Source of the DNA: Scyliorhinus canicula
Lineage: Eukaryota
Assembly: GCF_902713615.1 (NCBI RefSeq)
Contig: NC_052158.1
Coordinates: 48,075,159-48,139,158, forward strand
Reading direction: 5' to 3'
DNA length: 64,000 nucleotides
The stretch's first letter is position 1. The number at the start of each line of letters is the position of its first letter. A program made the position numbers and the translations under genes. Below are positions 1 to 12,410 of the stretch, in pieces. The notes beneath the pieces are model-generated. The model did not search any database. It worked only from the letters and a program-made list of their open reading frames with translations, and was not told where the DNA came from.

Positions 1-1697
1 GTCAGAATGGAGGAGAGTTTGTGCAGGGGGTCAGGATTGAAATCATTAGCAACAGCGCTGCTCCCGACAGCCCCGGGGAAGTACTCAGAGAGTCCGGTAA
101 TAATAGCTTCATTGACAATTTGGAGGCAGTTCCACCAACACTTCGAGTTGGGGGCAGGGTCAAGGGAAATGCCGATTCGGGGGAACCACAGATTTGAGCC
201 AGGGAGGTGGGATGAAAATTTTCGGAAAAGGGATTAAGACACTGAAAGATTTGTGTGTTAGGGGTTGGTTTGCAGGATTGAAGGAGCTGGAAGCGAAGTA
301 TGGCTGGAGCAGGAGGAAATGTTTAGATATATGCAGGTTTGAGATTTTGCTAGAAAGGAGATACAGAACATCCCAGAGGAGCCGGCCTCCACATTGCTGG
401 AGGAGGTGCTGACGGCAGGAGGACTGGAGAAGGGGGTTGTGTCAGCGGTCTATGAAGCTATTTTGGAGGAGTAGGCACCGCTGGAAGGTATCAAAGCAAA
501 GTGGGAGGAAGAGTTGGGAGAGGATATAGAGGAGGGGTTCTGGTGTGCGGTACTCTGGAGGGTGAATACCTCCACCTCATGCACGAGGTTGGGGCTGATA
601 CAGCTGAAGATGGTATACAGAGCACAGCTCATGAGGGCGAGGATGAGCCGATTCTTCGGAGTAGAAGATGTGTGTGAACGTTGCGGGGTGGGGGGGGGGG
701 GGGGTGCGCTAACCACGTTCATATGTTTTGGTCCTGTCCCAAGCTAGAGGATTACTAGAAGGAGGTTTTTAAGATAATTTCTATAGTGTTGCACGTGAAA
801 CTGGACCCGGGCCCCCGGGAGGCGATATTCAGGGTGTCGGACCAGCCAGGGTTGGAAACGGGTGCGGAAGCAGATGTTGGAGCCTTCGCCTCGTTGATCG
901 CCCAAAGGCAGATCCTGATGGGTTGGAGAGCAGCCTCTCCACCCTGTGCCCTGGCGTGACGGGGGGATCTGTTGGAATTCTTGACTCTTGAAAAGTTTAA
1001 GTTTGAACTGAGGGAAGAGGGGTTCTATAATTAGAACATAGAACAGTACAGCACAGAACAGGCCCTTCGGCCCTCGATGTTATGCCGAGCAATGATCACC
1101 CTACTTAAACCCACGTAACCCATATACCCGTAACCCAACAATCCCCCCATTAACCTTACACTACGGGCAATTTAGCATGGCCAATCCACCTAACCCGCAC
1201 ATCTTTGGACTGTGGGAGGAAACCGGAGCACCCGGAGGAAACCCACGCACACACGGGGAGGACCTGCAGACTCCACACAGACAGTGACCCAGCCGGGAAT
1301 CGAACCTGGGACCCTGGAGCTGTGAAGCATTGATGCTAACCACCATGCTACCGTGAGGCCCCTGCTACCGTGAGGCCCCGAGGAATTCATGGGTATTATT
1401 CACTATGCACTTTCAAGAACTGGATAACATCAAATATTAGTTGGGGGGGTGGGTGGGACGGCTGGGGAGGAGGGGGCAATGGCTGTTAATGGGGGCTATG
1501 GGGGATTCCTGATTCCTTTTTGTTAGTTGTTTATGTGAATCTGTGGGTGAATGTTTTGGGTTTGGCGGGAGGATGGGATCGTTGTTATTGATATGGGGAT
1601 TGACATATTTGTTACTGATTATTGTTTATTGTTGGTGGGTGTAAATTGGGGAGAAAATGCGAAAAAGGAGGAAAATAAAGAAATATTTTTAAAAAAG
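1..1697 (+). mobile_element. L1-clade LINE, decayed 3' part of ORF2 plus 3' UTR and A-tail (SINE inserted at ~1032-1380)
   Basis: Broken frames give LWRVNTSTSCTRLGLIQLKMVYRAQ...CERCG, the Cys-rich C-terminus of L1 ORF2; ends in AATAAA plus an A-rich tail at ~1675-1697. Confidence 0.8.
1032..1380 (-). mobile_element. HE1-type tRNA-derived V-SINE
   Basis: tRNA-like head, central GGTTTCCTCCCACAGTCCAAAGATGTG...GGCCATGCTAAATTGCCC domain, CR1-type tail GGCCGAAGGGCCTGTTCTGTGCTGTAC. Confidence 0.9.
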
Positions 1698-3343
1698 TTT
1701 TTGCAAGTATTATGTCAAACTTTGTTTTATCTTGATCCGCATTGTACTGGAAAGAATTATCGATCTCAATGTCATGTGGACCAGCCACAGTTAGGAGAAG
1801 AGCAATTTTATGAGCATCAGTAGCATTATTCAAATCGGAAGCCTCTGAATAATGTAGCCACCTGACCCCACACAAAATGGAGAAACACAAAAACAGCAGG
1901 GAAATTGGACAATCCTAGAGAAACAAGCAGTTTGCAGACTTTTCCTGTGTATTCTGTCTGCAAAGAAAGCAGACAGCACTGAAACCAGCAGTTATGCATA
2001 TTGATGAGCGATCCCCGGGAACAATAGCTACAACGATTAGCCACATTTAAGACACTCAATAGCAAGTCAGACTCCTCGGCGCCAACGGGAGTCCGAGACA
2101 AAGGAGACAAACAAGCCAGAAAGAACCGCCCAGCGATCGAGGAACAGTCCCAGTATTGGGGAATTCAAAAGAATTGATTGGTATGGGATCCAATTGATTG
2201 GAAGTAAGCTCAGGGTCCGCCCAAAAGGGCGCAAAGCCCCTGGGACCTATAAAAGACAGGTCCCAAGTTCAGTTCACTCTCTTAGCCGGCCCTCCCAGCA
2301 GAACACCTTAGCAGCTCTCGAAGAACTTGACCGTAAGGAGAGGCCTGGCCAATTGCTGCACCACCAAGTGTCATACAACGCACGCTACGAGATAGACACT
2401 CCTGACCCCTTAGTCCATACCAGCTGGAAGCCTGCAGATCCAGTACTGAGCAAGAGGCCATTGTTCCCTGATCCGGCGGGTTCCCTTATCCAGATAAGTA
2501 TTGGCCTATTAGTGGTAGGAATAGTTTAGTCTTTTAGTATTATATGCATGAGTAGCGAATAACTGTGTATTAATAAACTTGTCTTGTTTTGAACCTTACT
2601 AATTGGTGTATTGAGTCATTGATCTGAACTTGAACTTGAGCCTCGTGGTGGTATCATAAGGATACCTGGCGACTCTAGAGCTAAGTAATAAAACAGAGCC
2701 AGAACGAGCAACAATAAATTTGGAATTGCTGCTTGAACAAACTGCAGTTTACATTTAGGTTACCGGTGATCCTTAGATGTCGAGGAGCTTGAGCTTTATC
2801 CATCGATCCTGGATTCGTCGAAGTTCTGCCGGTTCAGGTACATGCTTCGCAAGTTGAATAGCTTCTTAGTTTTTCTTTTTCTAATCTTACTAAATTATGC
2901 TAGCTAGTTTCTGTAGCCAATCACCTGGATTATATGGTGCCATGTTATATTAGTCTTCGGTAATATATCATTACTCTTTGCTTCGCAATCCAGAATGGTC
3001 TGATAGTGTGATTATAAATAAACCATCAATCTCTAACTTAAAGCAAAACTGATTTATTGAATAACGATTGATTTAATATTGCGTTTGCACACTCCACAGA
3101 TCTATAACTAGTAATCAAGTAATCTTTATTTAAGTAATAACTGATTTAAACTACACGTTCTGCTTCTAGCTATTCTTAACTATGCTGTGATCTATCTATC
3201 TCTCTTACTGTCTGGAAGTACAAGACCCAAGATCCCCCGAGTTCTTATATTTATAGTGGGAACTAGTGGTTTCCTCTAGTGGTTGTGTTACACTGAGATG
3301 TAATAATTAACCCTTTACTTGTCTACATATACAGATCATTACG
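1698..3343 (-). mobile_element. Gypsy LTR retrotransposon 5' fragment: LTR 2943-3343, PBS ~2925-2942, start of gag
   Basis: LTR ends ...ATAACA followed by TGGCACC; removing 1853-2717 restores gag LFKQQFQIYSEASDLNNATDAHKIALLLTVAG. Confidence 0.8.
1853..2713 (+). mobile_element. Solo LTR (ERV-like family) with 4-bp TSD ATAA
   Basis: TGTAGCCA...GAGCAACA termini; ATAA at 1849-1852 and 2714-2717; TATA box ~2248 and AATAAA ~2572. Confidence 0.9.
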
Positions 3344-3388
3344 CTTGCAACCCCAAAACATGTGATCTTGATTCGCCGGCCCCTGTCA

Positions 3389-3790
3389 GTAGTGATCTCT
3401 GTATGTGCATGTACATGAGGGGTTAATGTGTAATCAGTAACACCACATGATCACTAGAGGGCCGGACCAACAGGTACATAAAAGAAACCACATTGGGTCT
3501 CTCTCTCTCTCTCTCTCTCTCTTTTGGGTGTACTATGTTGGTCAGTATTAGATTAGTTCAGATGGTTAGTGGAGTTACATATAGTTACTGTAGTTAGATC
3601 TTGTTAACCTTATCACTAATATCAATGTTAAAGTAAAGAACTCACAATTATTGTTATAGTTACTCAATAAACCTTTTGTTACTACTGGACGAGTTTGAGT
3701 CTTCTTCATCGAGATTCAGAAGACCTCGTCAGTAACCAAGGTTTGAGTAACACAAATTATACTCTGTAGTATATCAAGATAATACAGGAG
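3389..3790 (+). mobile_element. Gypsy-type solo LTR (approximate limits)
   Basis: Starts GTAGTGATCTC, similar to the neighbouring LTR; (CT)n tract; AATAAA ~3666. Confidence 0.55.
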
Positions 3791-3919
3791 CGTAATAAAA
3801 GATTGTTGTTATGCTGTCCTCTCGTGAGATGTGATAATTAACCCTTCTCTTGTCTACATATACATATCATTACACTTGCAACCCCAAAACATGTGATCTT
3901 GATTCGCGGTCCCTGTCCA

Positions 3920-4450
<531 letters not shown>

Positions 4451-4559
4451 GGGGCTGTCTTTGTGTTAAAGGTGGTAGGACAGACCTACCTCGTCTGCTT
4501 GGAGATATTATGATCGTGCAGAATGAAAAAGCAGAGCTGGGGGCGGTGAGGAGGTTAAA

Positions 4560-4850
4560 CGGCTGCGACTCTGGTTCCGGCCGCCCAGGGCTGAGATTTA
4601 CAGGTGCGCACCTCCAAGTCCACGTGACAGCCGGTCGGGCTCGCGCTTCCTCATTGCAACTGCCGAGAGCTGGCAGCAACAGCCACTGCACGCGGAGAAC
4701 TGCAACTCCCACCAGGCACCGCGGGTTTGGCGCGCGCGCGCGCGCTCTCTCTCTCTCTCCCTCCCCCGCCGATCCATTTTGCCGCACTTCTCTGCGAAGG
4801 ATCTCCCGGACGATATGCAGCATGGGTAATGTAGTTCCGACAAGGTGAGA
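4560..4850. promoter_or_regulatory. CpG-rich promoter and first exon of ZNF unit A with two opposed ZNF143 (SBS/ACTACA) motifs
   Basis: ACTGCAACTCCCACCAGGCAC at 4699-4719; ACTACATTACCCATGCTGC on the minus strand at 4817-4835; CACGTG; (CG)n run; donor AAG|GTGAGA at 4845; homologous to 61250-61445. Confidence 0.75.
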
Positions 4851-4997
4851 GTGTCTCGAAAGCGGCTGCGCAGGACTGGGCGGAGAACGGAGTCAGTAGA
4901 GCCCCACCCCTTCTTTTAAATTGGTTGTGCAGAGTGATTGACATGGTCTCTGGCTGTTGATGGTGTTTTTTGGAAGCGTTTCCCTTCTGATTTACAG

Positions 4998-5036
4998 GCT
5001 GAGTTTTGTTGATGGGTCATTGCTGAATATGAGAAG
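4998..5036 (+). other. 39-nt non-coding microexon of ZNF A (paralogs 46893-46931 +, 29257-29285 -, 61676-61714 +)
   Basis: TTTACAG| acceptor and AAG|GTGAGG donor inside a block conserved in four units. Confidence 0.6.
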
Positions 5037-5449
5037 GTGAGGTGGAATTATGTGGGCGGGGCAGGGGCACAGTTATTGTAATGTCTTCTTTAAAGATTTC
5101 ACCTGACGGCCTCGGCCTTTCCCGAAGCCTGGGCTTGGATTTGATAGTTTTGCCCAGTGCTGTGTCTGAGAGCTGAATTTGGGGTGTGCAGTCTGAGTGA
5201 GTGCAGTGTGTCTAATTTCCCAGGATAACCCTTCAATCAGCGACACTGAAGAAATGTTTTTCTTAGCTTCCAGCACTTCCTGCCCAGTGTGTTTTGTTCA
5301 CATCATTTGGGAAAACAAGTGGAGAAATTTCAAAATCTCTGTTGAATCAAATTTCTCCTGTGTTTTATATTAAACAGATAGTAAAAGTTTAAACTAATCT
5401 TTGTCAGCACGAGACAAGCTCACAGTGAATTCATAGGAATGGTGCAAAG

Positions 5450-7623
5450 CTGGACCTAAGTCTGGAGAATGAAGCCAGACAGGTGGTTGATGTGATGGTG
5501 GGAGAGCATTTTAGTGATAGCAAGCACAATATGATGCAATTTGTAATTGAAGGTTGTTATGGACAAGGAAATAGACAAATTGCAGAGAAAGGTCTTGGAT
5601 TGGAGGAGAGCGGCCTTCTATAAAATAAGGCAGAATCTAGTCAAAGTAGATTGGTGGGGAGATCTACAGAAGAGCAGTAGGGGCTGATCAAAGAGGAAAT
5701 GGGGAGGGTACAGGCCCAACATGTTCCCGCTAGGGTAATAGGAAGGAGTAACAAGCCCAGAGAACAAGCGATGACCAGAGATATTCAGAATACAATGAGA
5801 AGGAATACAATGACTTTTAATAAATACAAGGGGAGCAAATAAATAGAGGCAATAGTGGAGCACAGAAAATGCAAGATAAAGCTTAAGAACACAGTTAGGA
5901 GAGCAAAGAGGCGATATGAGAAATCTTGCTGGTAAAAGTAGGAAAATCCCCAAATATTCTATAAATGGAAGATAACTAGGGAAAAAGTAGGGGCCATTAG
6001 AGACCAGGGGGGAATCTGTGGGTGGATCCAGAGGACACTGGTGGGGTGTTAAATGAATATTTCACATCTGACTTTACCAAAGAGAATGAGGAGGCAGATA
6101 CAGAACTCGGTGAGGGAGACAGGTTATTGAGCAAGTTGCCACAGGGAGGGACACGATATTGGAGGTGTTGGCGAGCTTAAAAGTAGACAAATCTCCAGGT
6201 CCTGATACAACTGGGTCCCAGATTGCTGTGAGAAACGAGGGAAGAGATTGTAGGGGCCCTGATCCATATTTTTAATTCTTCTCTGGCCACGGGAGAGGTG
6301 TCAGAAGACGTGGTCCCACTATTTAAGAAAGGTTGCAGGGATAAACCAGGGATCTACACTTGGAGAGGCAAGGTTTGATCAGGAATTATCAGCATAGCTT
6401 TGTCAGAGGGAGATCATGCCTAACAAATTTGATTGAATGTTTTGAGCATGTGACTAAGTGTGTAGTTGAGGATAGTGCAGTTGATGTTGTTTACATTGAT
6501 TTCAGCAAAGCATTTGACGAGGTCCCACAATGGAGGCTTATAAAGAAGGCAAATGCACATGGGATACAGGGTAACTTGATAACGTGCATTCAAAGCTGGC
6601 TGAGCTGTAGGAATCAGAGGGTGATGACAGACAGCTGCTTTAGTGACTGGAAGCCAGTGTCCAGTGGCATAGCACAGGGATCTGGGATGGGTCCTCCATT
6701 ATTCATCATTTATATAAATGACTTGGATGTGGGGGGGGGGGGGGTAGGGTCACTAAGTTTGCGGATGACACAAAGATAGGCCGGGTGGTTAACAGTGAGG
6801 CTGAGAGGCGTGGGTTACAGGAAGATATCAACGGGATGGTCAAATGGACAGAAACGTGGCAAATGGAATTTAATCCTGGAAAGTGTGAGGTGTTACACTT
6901 TGGAAGGAGCAATTTGACAAGGAAATATTCAATGAATGGCACCACACTGGGAAGTCATGAGGAACAAAAGACCTTGGCGTGTTTGTAAATATATCTCTGA
7001 AGGTAGAAGGGCAGGTTAATAAGTGGTGAAAAAGGTATATGGTACAAAAACAAGGAAGTCATGTTGCAGTTATATAGAACATTGGTGAATCCACAGCTGG
7101 AGTACTGTGTGCAATTCTGGTCGCCACATAATAGGAAGGATGTGATTATAGTGGAGCAAGTAAAGAGGGGTTTTACCAGGATGTTACCTGGGAAGGAACA
7201 TTTAAGTTCTGAAGAGAGACTGAATAGGCTTGCTGAAACAGAGAAGACTGAGGGGTGGCCTGATCAAGGTATACAGAATTATGAGGGGCATGGACACGGT
7301 GGCATTTCCACTTAATTGAAGGGTCAGTTATGAGGGGACACAATTTCAAGGTGAGGGGTGTGAGGTTCAGGGGGGATTTGAGGAAAACCTTTTTACCCAG
7401 ACATTGGTGACAGTCTGGAACGCCCTGCCTGGGAGGGTAGTAGAGGCGGGTTGCCTCACATCCTTTAAAAAGTACCTGGATGAGTACTTGGCATGCCTTA
7501 ACATTCGAGGCTATGGGCCAAGTGCTGGCAAATAGGATTAGAATTGGCAGATCAGGTGCCTTTCATGCGGCGGTGCAGACTCGATGGGCTAAATGGCCTT
7601 TCTGCACTGTATTTTTCTATGAT
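5450..7623 (+). mobile_element. CR1/HER1-type LINE, decayed, in the intron of ZNF A
   Basis: RT motifs FVRGRSCLTNL, YIDFSKAFD, KFADDTK, LYRTLV.P.LEYCVQFWSP; CR1 3' tail. Confidence 0.92.
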
Positions 7624-7906
7624 AGCTCATTTTACATTCCACCCAAAGTTTTATTTGTCCTCACGTGACTGGGAAGATGGGGTCTGGGTGGAGTAAAGCC
7701 AGTAGAAATGCTGTCTGCTGCTGGTCACAATCCAGTGTCCTGCTGGAAAAAGAGGGCATGCGACAGTAAAGTGGGGAAAAGGAAAGGACTTGTATTTGAA
7801 ACCCTGCACAGGGGAACAGCAGACTATCGAACAGCCTCAAGCTGATATGTCAGCAAAGGAGGAGAGGGAGTTGGAGGAAATCATGTTTCCTTTTCCTGTT
7901 TTACAG

Positions 7907-8357
7907 AAGGATTGCACCATACTACACCAGACAATACAGAGAGGATAGACACCGCAGACAGATCCTGACCATCACCCAAAGAAACAACTGCAGAACTGTG
8001 GAAAGACATCCGGAGCCTTCACAGTATTGCTCAACAAGGAAAAGATTGTGCAGTGGAGTCAGTCAGGTTGAGCGAGCTTTGATACATCATCAGATCTGAA
8101 CCTTGTGGAACCTTCCATCAAAACCAACCCTTCTGGAGTTTCAGCTGTGAGGATCAGTCAGGGTGAGGCTGGGAAGGAATGAGAGGGGCTCCAAGTGTTA
8201 TGAGAGCTTCAATCATTCATCAAACCTCGTGAGCCACTGACTCATTCCGACAGGTGAAAGGCTGTTTGTGTCTGAAAAGAGCTCCAAGGGCTCAAAATAT
8301 CTCCTACCACACAGGCGCATCACTTATTCCACCTATAAAAAAAAAAACAGCAGGAAC
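7907..8357 (+). other. 5' UTR part of the last exon of ZNF A, containing decayed finger(s)
   Basis: Acceptor TTTTCCTGTTTTACAG|AAGG conserved in A, B (~28218) and C (~48013); stops in all three frames. Confidence 0.6.
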
Positions 8358-9377
8358 ATGAAATCGAAGCAATTCAGGTGTGAGGTATGTGACAAATCAT
8401 TCTCGTGGTCATCACGTCTCCTGAGACATCAGTGGATTCACACAGGGGAGAAACCATTCAAGTGTGAGGTGTGTGACAAATCATTCTCTGAGTCATCACG
8501 TCTCCTGAGACATCAGTGGATTCACACAGGGGAGAAACCATTCAAGTGTGAGGTGTGTGACAAGTCATTTGCCAGACCATGCAACCTCCTCGAGCACCAG
8601 CGCGTCCACACAGGAGAGAAGCCATTCAATTGTGAGGTGTGTGACAAATCATTCTCACAGTCATCGAGCCTTCTGTACCATCAGAGGATTCACACTGGAG
8701 AGAAACCATTTGCGTGCGAGATGTGCGACAAATCATTCTCCTTATCATCAGTACTTCGCTCACACCAACGTATTCACACAGGGGAGAAACCATTCAATTG
8801 TAAGGTATGTGACAAATCATTCTCCCAGTCATCCACCCTCCTGCAGCATCAGAGGGTTCACACCGGGGAGAAACCATTCACATGTGAGGTGTGTGGTAAA
8901 TCCTTCTCATCATCATCAGTACTTCGCTCACACCAATTCATTCACACAGGGGAGAAACCATTCAAGTGTGAGGTGTGCGACAAATCATTCTCATCATCAT
9001 CAGACCTTCGCTCACACGAGCGCATTCACACAGGGGAGAAACCATTCACATGTGTGGTGTGTGACAAATCATTCTCATCATCATCAGTACTTCGCTCACA
9101 TGAACGCATTCACACAGGGGAGAAACCATTCATGTGTGTAGTTTGTGACAAATCATTTGCCAGATCAGGAAACCTTCGCGAGCACCAGCGCATTCACACA
9201 GGAGAGAAGCCATTCACGTGTGAGGTGTGTGACAAATCATTCTCGCAGTCATCGAGCCTCCTGCAGCATCAGAGGATTCACACAAGGGAGAAATCGTTCA
9301 CGTGTGAGGTGTGTGACAAATCATTCTCAGATTCATCAAAACTCCACCTCCATCAGACGATCCATACAGTAGAGTAA
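8358..9377 (+). CDS. C2H2 zinc-finger protein, 12 tandem fingers, no effector domain (unit A, 339 aa)
   Basis: Intact CxxC...HxxxH repeats with TGEKP linkers; first ATG at 8358, at the same position as the ATGs of B and C. Confidence 0.9.
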   Translation: MKSKQFRCEVCDKSFSWSSRLLRHQWIHTGEKPFKCEVCDKSFSESSRLLRHQWIHTGEKPFKCEVCDKSFARPCNLLEHQRVHTGEKPFNCEVCDKSFSQSSSLLYHQRIHTGEKPFACEMCDKSFSLSSVLRSHQRIHTGEKPFNCKVCDKSFSQSSTLLQHQRVHTGEKPFTCEVCGKSFSSSSVLRSHQFIHTGEKPFKCEVCDKSFSSSSDLRSHERIHTGEKPFTCVVCDKSFSSSSVLRSHERIHTGEKPFMCVVCDKSFARSGNLREHQRIHTGEKPFTCEVCDKSFSQSSSLLQHQRIHTREKSFTCEVCDKSFSDSSKLHLHQTIHTVE

Positions 9378-9695
9378 CCCTTCAAACCTGAGGTTTGTGA
9401 TTGTCATTCTGACATCTTGGAACACCAGTGTATTCACACAGGAGAGAAACTCTTCAGGTGCAATTTTTGTGACAAGACTTCCATTCACTCCTCCAATCGC
9501 CTGAAGCACCAGCGGATCCCCACTGATGGGAAACCATTCAGGTGTAATGTGTGTGACAAAACATTGGCACAGTCAGTGTATCTCTGAGTCCATTAACACA
9601 CTCACACAGGGGAGAAACTCTATCGATATGAGTTCTGTAATGAAGTCTTCACCCAATTTTTACATCTCCTGGAACATCAGTGAACCCACACAGTG
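9378..9695 (+). pseudogene. About four fossil zinc fingers downstream of the ZNF A stop codon
   Basis: Degenerate finger repeats with stops and indels; the stop TAA replaces the AAA of EKP. Confidence 0.8.
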
Positions 9696-9864
9696 ATGAC
9701 TGAAACCAAGTTCAAGCAAAGTAGTTATCAGTATGTAAACCTCTAAGCAAGCTCTCTGCAAAGGGAGTTCAGTGGTATTGGGCTCAGAACAAGCAGCAGC
9801 TTTCACTCGCATCAAGCTACTAGTGACGACAATGCCAGTGCCGAGGTACTATATGATGTCAATC

Positions 9865-10173
9865 GGGGTGGCAAAGCGGTAAGCACTGTTGCCTCTAGCG
9901 CCAGAGACCCGGGTTCAATTCCGGCTTCGGGTGACTGTGGAGTGTGCACTTTCTCCGCATGCCAGTGTGGGTTTCCTCCGGGTGCTCCAGTTTCCTCTCA
10001 GTCCAAAGATGTGCAGGTTAGGTGGATTGGCCATGCTAAATTGTCCCTTAGTGTTCAAAGGTTAGGTAGGGTTAGATGAACAGGATGGGGATTGGGCCTT
10101 GGTAGGGTGCTCTTTCAGAGGATCGATGCAGACTTGATCGGCTGAATGGCCTCCCGCATTGTAGGGATTCTAT
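9865..10173 (+). mobile_element. V-SINE
   Basis: tRNA-like head, V domain, CR1-like tail. Confidence 0.85.
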
Positions 10174-10778
10174 GAAATCCTGCAGTGAAACACGACTTGG
10201 AGCAACTCTCATGAAGCAAGGACAACCAGTTGTCTTTCTCAAACCACTTCTATCTGCTCCAAAGTGTTTACAAAGGATGTTACTTCATTTGCAGATATCA
10301 CTTTGAAGTGAAGTACAAGCAAGGGAAGCAGATGCAAATAGTCAACGTGCTGTCGAGTGCTGCATTCCCGGTGCAGAGTGTGAAATCTTCCAGATTTCGG
10401 CAATAAGCAACAGTGCAACATGCTCTGAAATCATCAACCCAGCAGAGACACTATCTGAAAGACCAGCGTCTTGTTTAGATCAGGCAAACTCCACAACGCG
10501 ATGCAACTCTTCGAATGTTACAGGAAGTTGTAATGAAAGGATGGCCTGAAACCATGAAGGACACACCTGTTGCTGTAAGAGAGCATTGGGCAGACAGCTG
10601 AAGTGGTCACCCAAGATGGCATCTTGTGCAAAGGGACTGAGGTCATTATCCAGAAAGAGATGGGAAAAGGATGCAGAAGCGCATCCACATAAGGCATCAA
10701 GGAACCGTCTAATCTGAGGAAGGAAAGAGAAGTGCTTTATTGGTCAAACACAAGCAGTGAGATTAAGGACCACATCAC

Positions 10779-11120
10779 GGGGCAGCACGGTAGCATGGTG
10801 GTTAGCATAAATGCTTCACAGCTCCAGGGTCCCAGGTTCAATTCCCGGCTGGGTCACTGTCTGTGTGGAGTCTGCACGTCCTCCCTGTGTGTGCGTGGGT
10901 TTCCTCCGGGTGCTCCGGTTTCCTCCCACAGTCCAAAGATGTGCGGGTTAGGTGGATTGGCCATGCTAAATTGCCCGTAGTGTCCTAATAGTAAGGTTAT
11001 GGGGGGAGTTGTTGGGTTACGGGTATAGGGTGGATACGTGGGTTTGAGTAGGGTGATCATTGCTCGGCACAACATCGAGGGCCGAAGGGCCTGTTCTGTG
11101 CTGTACTGTTCTATGTTCTA
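10779..11120 (+). mobile_element. HE1-type V-SINE
   Basis: Near-identical to the 1032-1380 copy. Confidence 0.9.
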
Positions 11121-11819
11121 TCAGCCAGTGCAGTGCTTGTAATGAACATCAAGCTAAAGAGCCACTCATGACTCCTGACATCCTAGACAAACCGTGGATG
11201 AAGCTTGGAGTAGACCTCCGCACTCTCACTGAAACTGATTACGGTCTCATAGTCGCCTCCTATTCAGACTACAAGGTATTAGACCAGCTGACATCAATCT
11301 GTGTATTATGCCTCAAAGCTCACTTCAGTCGTCGTGGCAGCCCTGACATTGTGATGAGTCATCAAAATATCAACCAGATGCAAAAAGGGTTAATCCAAAA
11401 ATTGACGAGATCCAACACAGATGTGTAGAAGGCAATGTTGGAGTGGAGAAACACTCCACTGAAGGCTTGGAAAGCTGTCTGGTCCAGTGACTAATGTCAC
11501 ACTGCACCAAAACTATTCTTCCAACAGCTAAAGACGCAACGTGAGTGAATGACATGATCAACGTGAACGACAGAAAGACAAATTTCACTTTGACAAAGCT
11601 GCTAAATTGTTGCAGAACTGAGAATTGGAGAGCTGGTCAGAGTGAAAACATTCAACACACTCAACAAAAGTCAACTCACATGAACAGCCACAACTATCAT
11701 CACAACCGCAGACATCTACGTACAATCGGTGAAGCTGCTCCTTCATAGCAGACAACTGATGAGCCAGGAGAGAATGACACAGGAGGGAGGTGGATAGTGG
11801 TAGAGGCACAGGACGGAGA

Positions 11820-12125
11820 GATTAACTTACTCTCCTCTTGATCTTCCCGAGCTATCTCTCCTTCCACTCCTACCTACAAGCCCTCTCTTTCCTCCTCATC
11901 CATTCCTACCCCTCTGTTGTCCACATTCCTCCCAACACTTCATTTTCCTTCTTCTCTTCTACTGTCGTATCTCTATTTCCTATCATCCCTTCATTTCTTC
12001 CTTTCTACCATCTCTCCTCCTCAATTCTCTTCTTTCCTCCTGGCTCTCCTTTTCTTTTCTCTCTTCTACCTGTCTCTACTCTCTCTTCCCCCCCCCCCGC
12101 CCTCTCTGTCTCTCCTCCTCCGGCA
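11820..12125. repeat. Pyrimidine-rich low-complexity tract
   Basis: Almost entirely C/T on the + strand. Confidence 0.8.
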
Positions 12126-12199
12126 TTGTAAAGATGAGAGGAATACAGAGAAAGTACACAATTTTAAACTCTAATAACTTTTAAAAAAAGAATTACTCA

Positions 12200-12410
12200 A
12201 GAAGTACCCAATTTTAAAAATTAAATTAACGGCAATTTTGCGTGGCCAAACCACCTACCCTGCTCATCTTTGGGTTGTGGGGATGAGAACCACACAAACA
12301 AGGGTAGAATGTGCACACTCTCCATGGACAGTGACCCTTGGCCAGGATCGAACATGTATCCACAGCGCTGTGAGGCAGCAGTCCTAGCCACTGCGCCACC
12401 ATGCCACCCT
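12200..12410 (-). mobile_element. Short V-SINE variant
   Basis: tRNA head plus V domain, AATTGGGTAC end. Confidence 0.75.

Larger units (their letters stand above)
9710..11760 (+). mobile_element. Decayed Gypsy pol (RNase H-integrase) remnant interrupted by two SINEs
   Basis: VQWYW...AAFTRIK, KPLLSAPKCLQRMLL, DKPWMKLGVDL, KAHFSRRGSPDIVMS. Confidence 0.8.

Noticed and set aside
1161-1390. Recurrent small ORFs MVVSINASQLQGPRF.../...WWLASMLHSSRVPG (also ~10732, 17098, 55383)
   Set aside because: They are translations of HE1 SINE copies, not genes.
8268-8357. N-terminal extension of ZNF A in the ORF track
   Set aside because: It starts at a GTG within a fossil finger; paralogs initiate at the position equivalent to ATG 8358.
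4850-8357. KRAB, SCAN or BTB exon upstream of the finger arrays
   Set aside because: No recognisable motif was found; the interval is CR1 sequence and non-coding cassette.
8548-9372. Long overlapping ORFs with RCVTNHS repeats (also 26717-27472 and 48386-49219)
   Set aside because: They are alternative-frame shadows of the 84-bp finger repeat.
11838-12174. Hydrophobic Ser/Leu/Phe-rich ORFs
   Set aside because: They are an artefact of the CT-rich low-complexity sequence.
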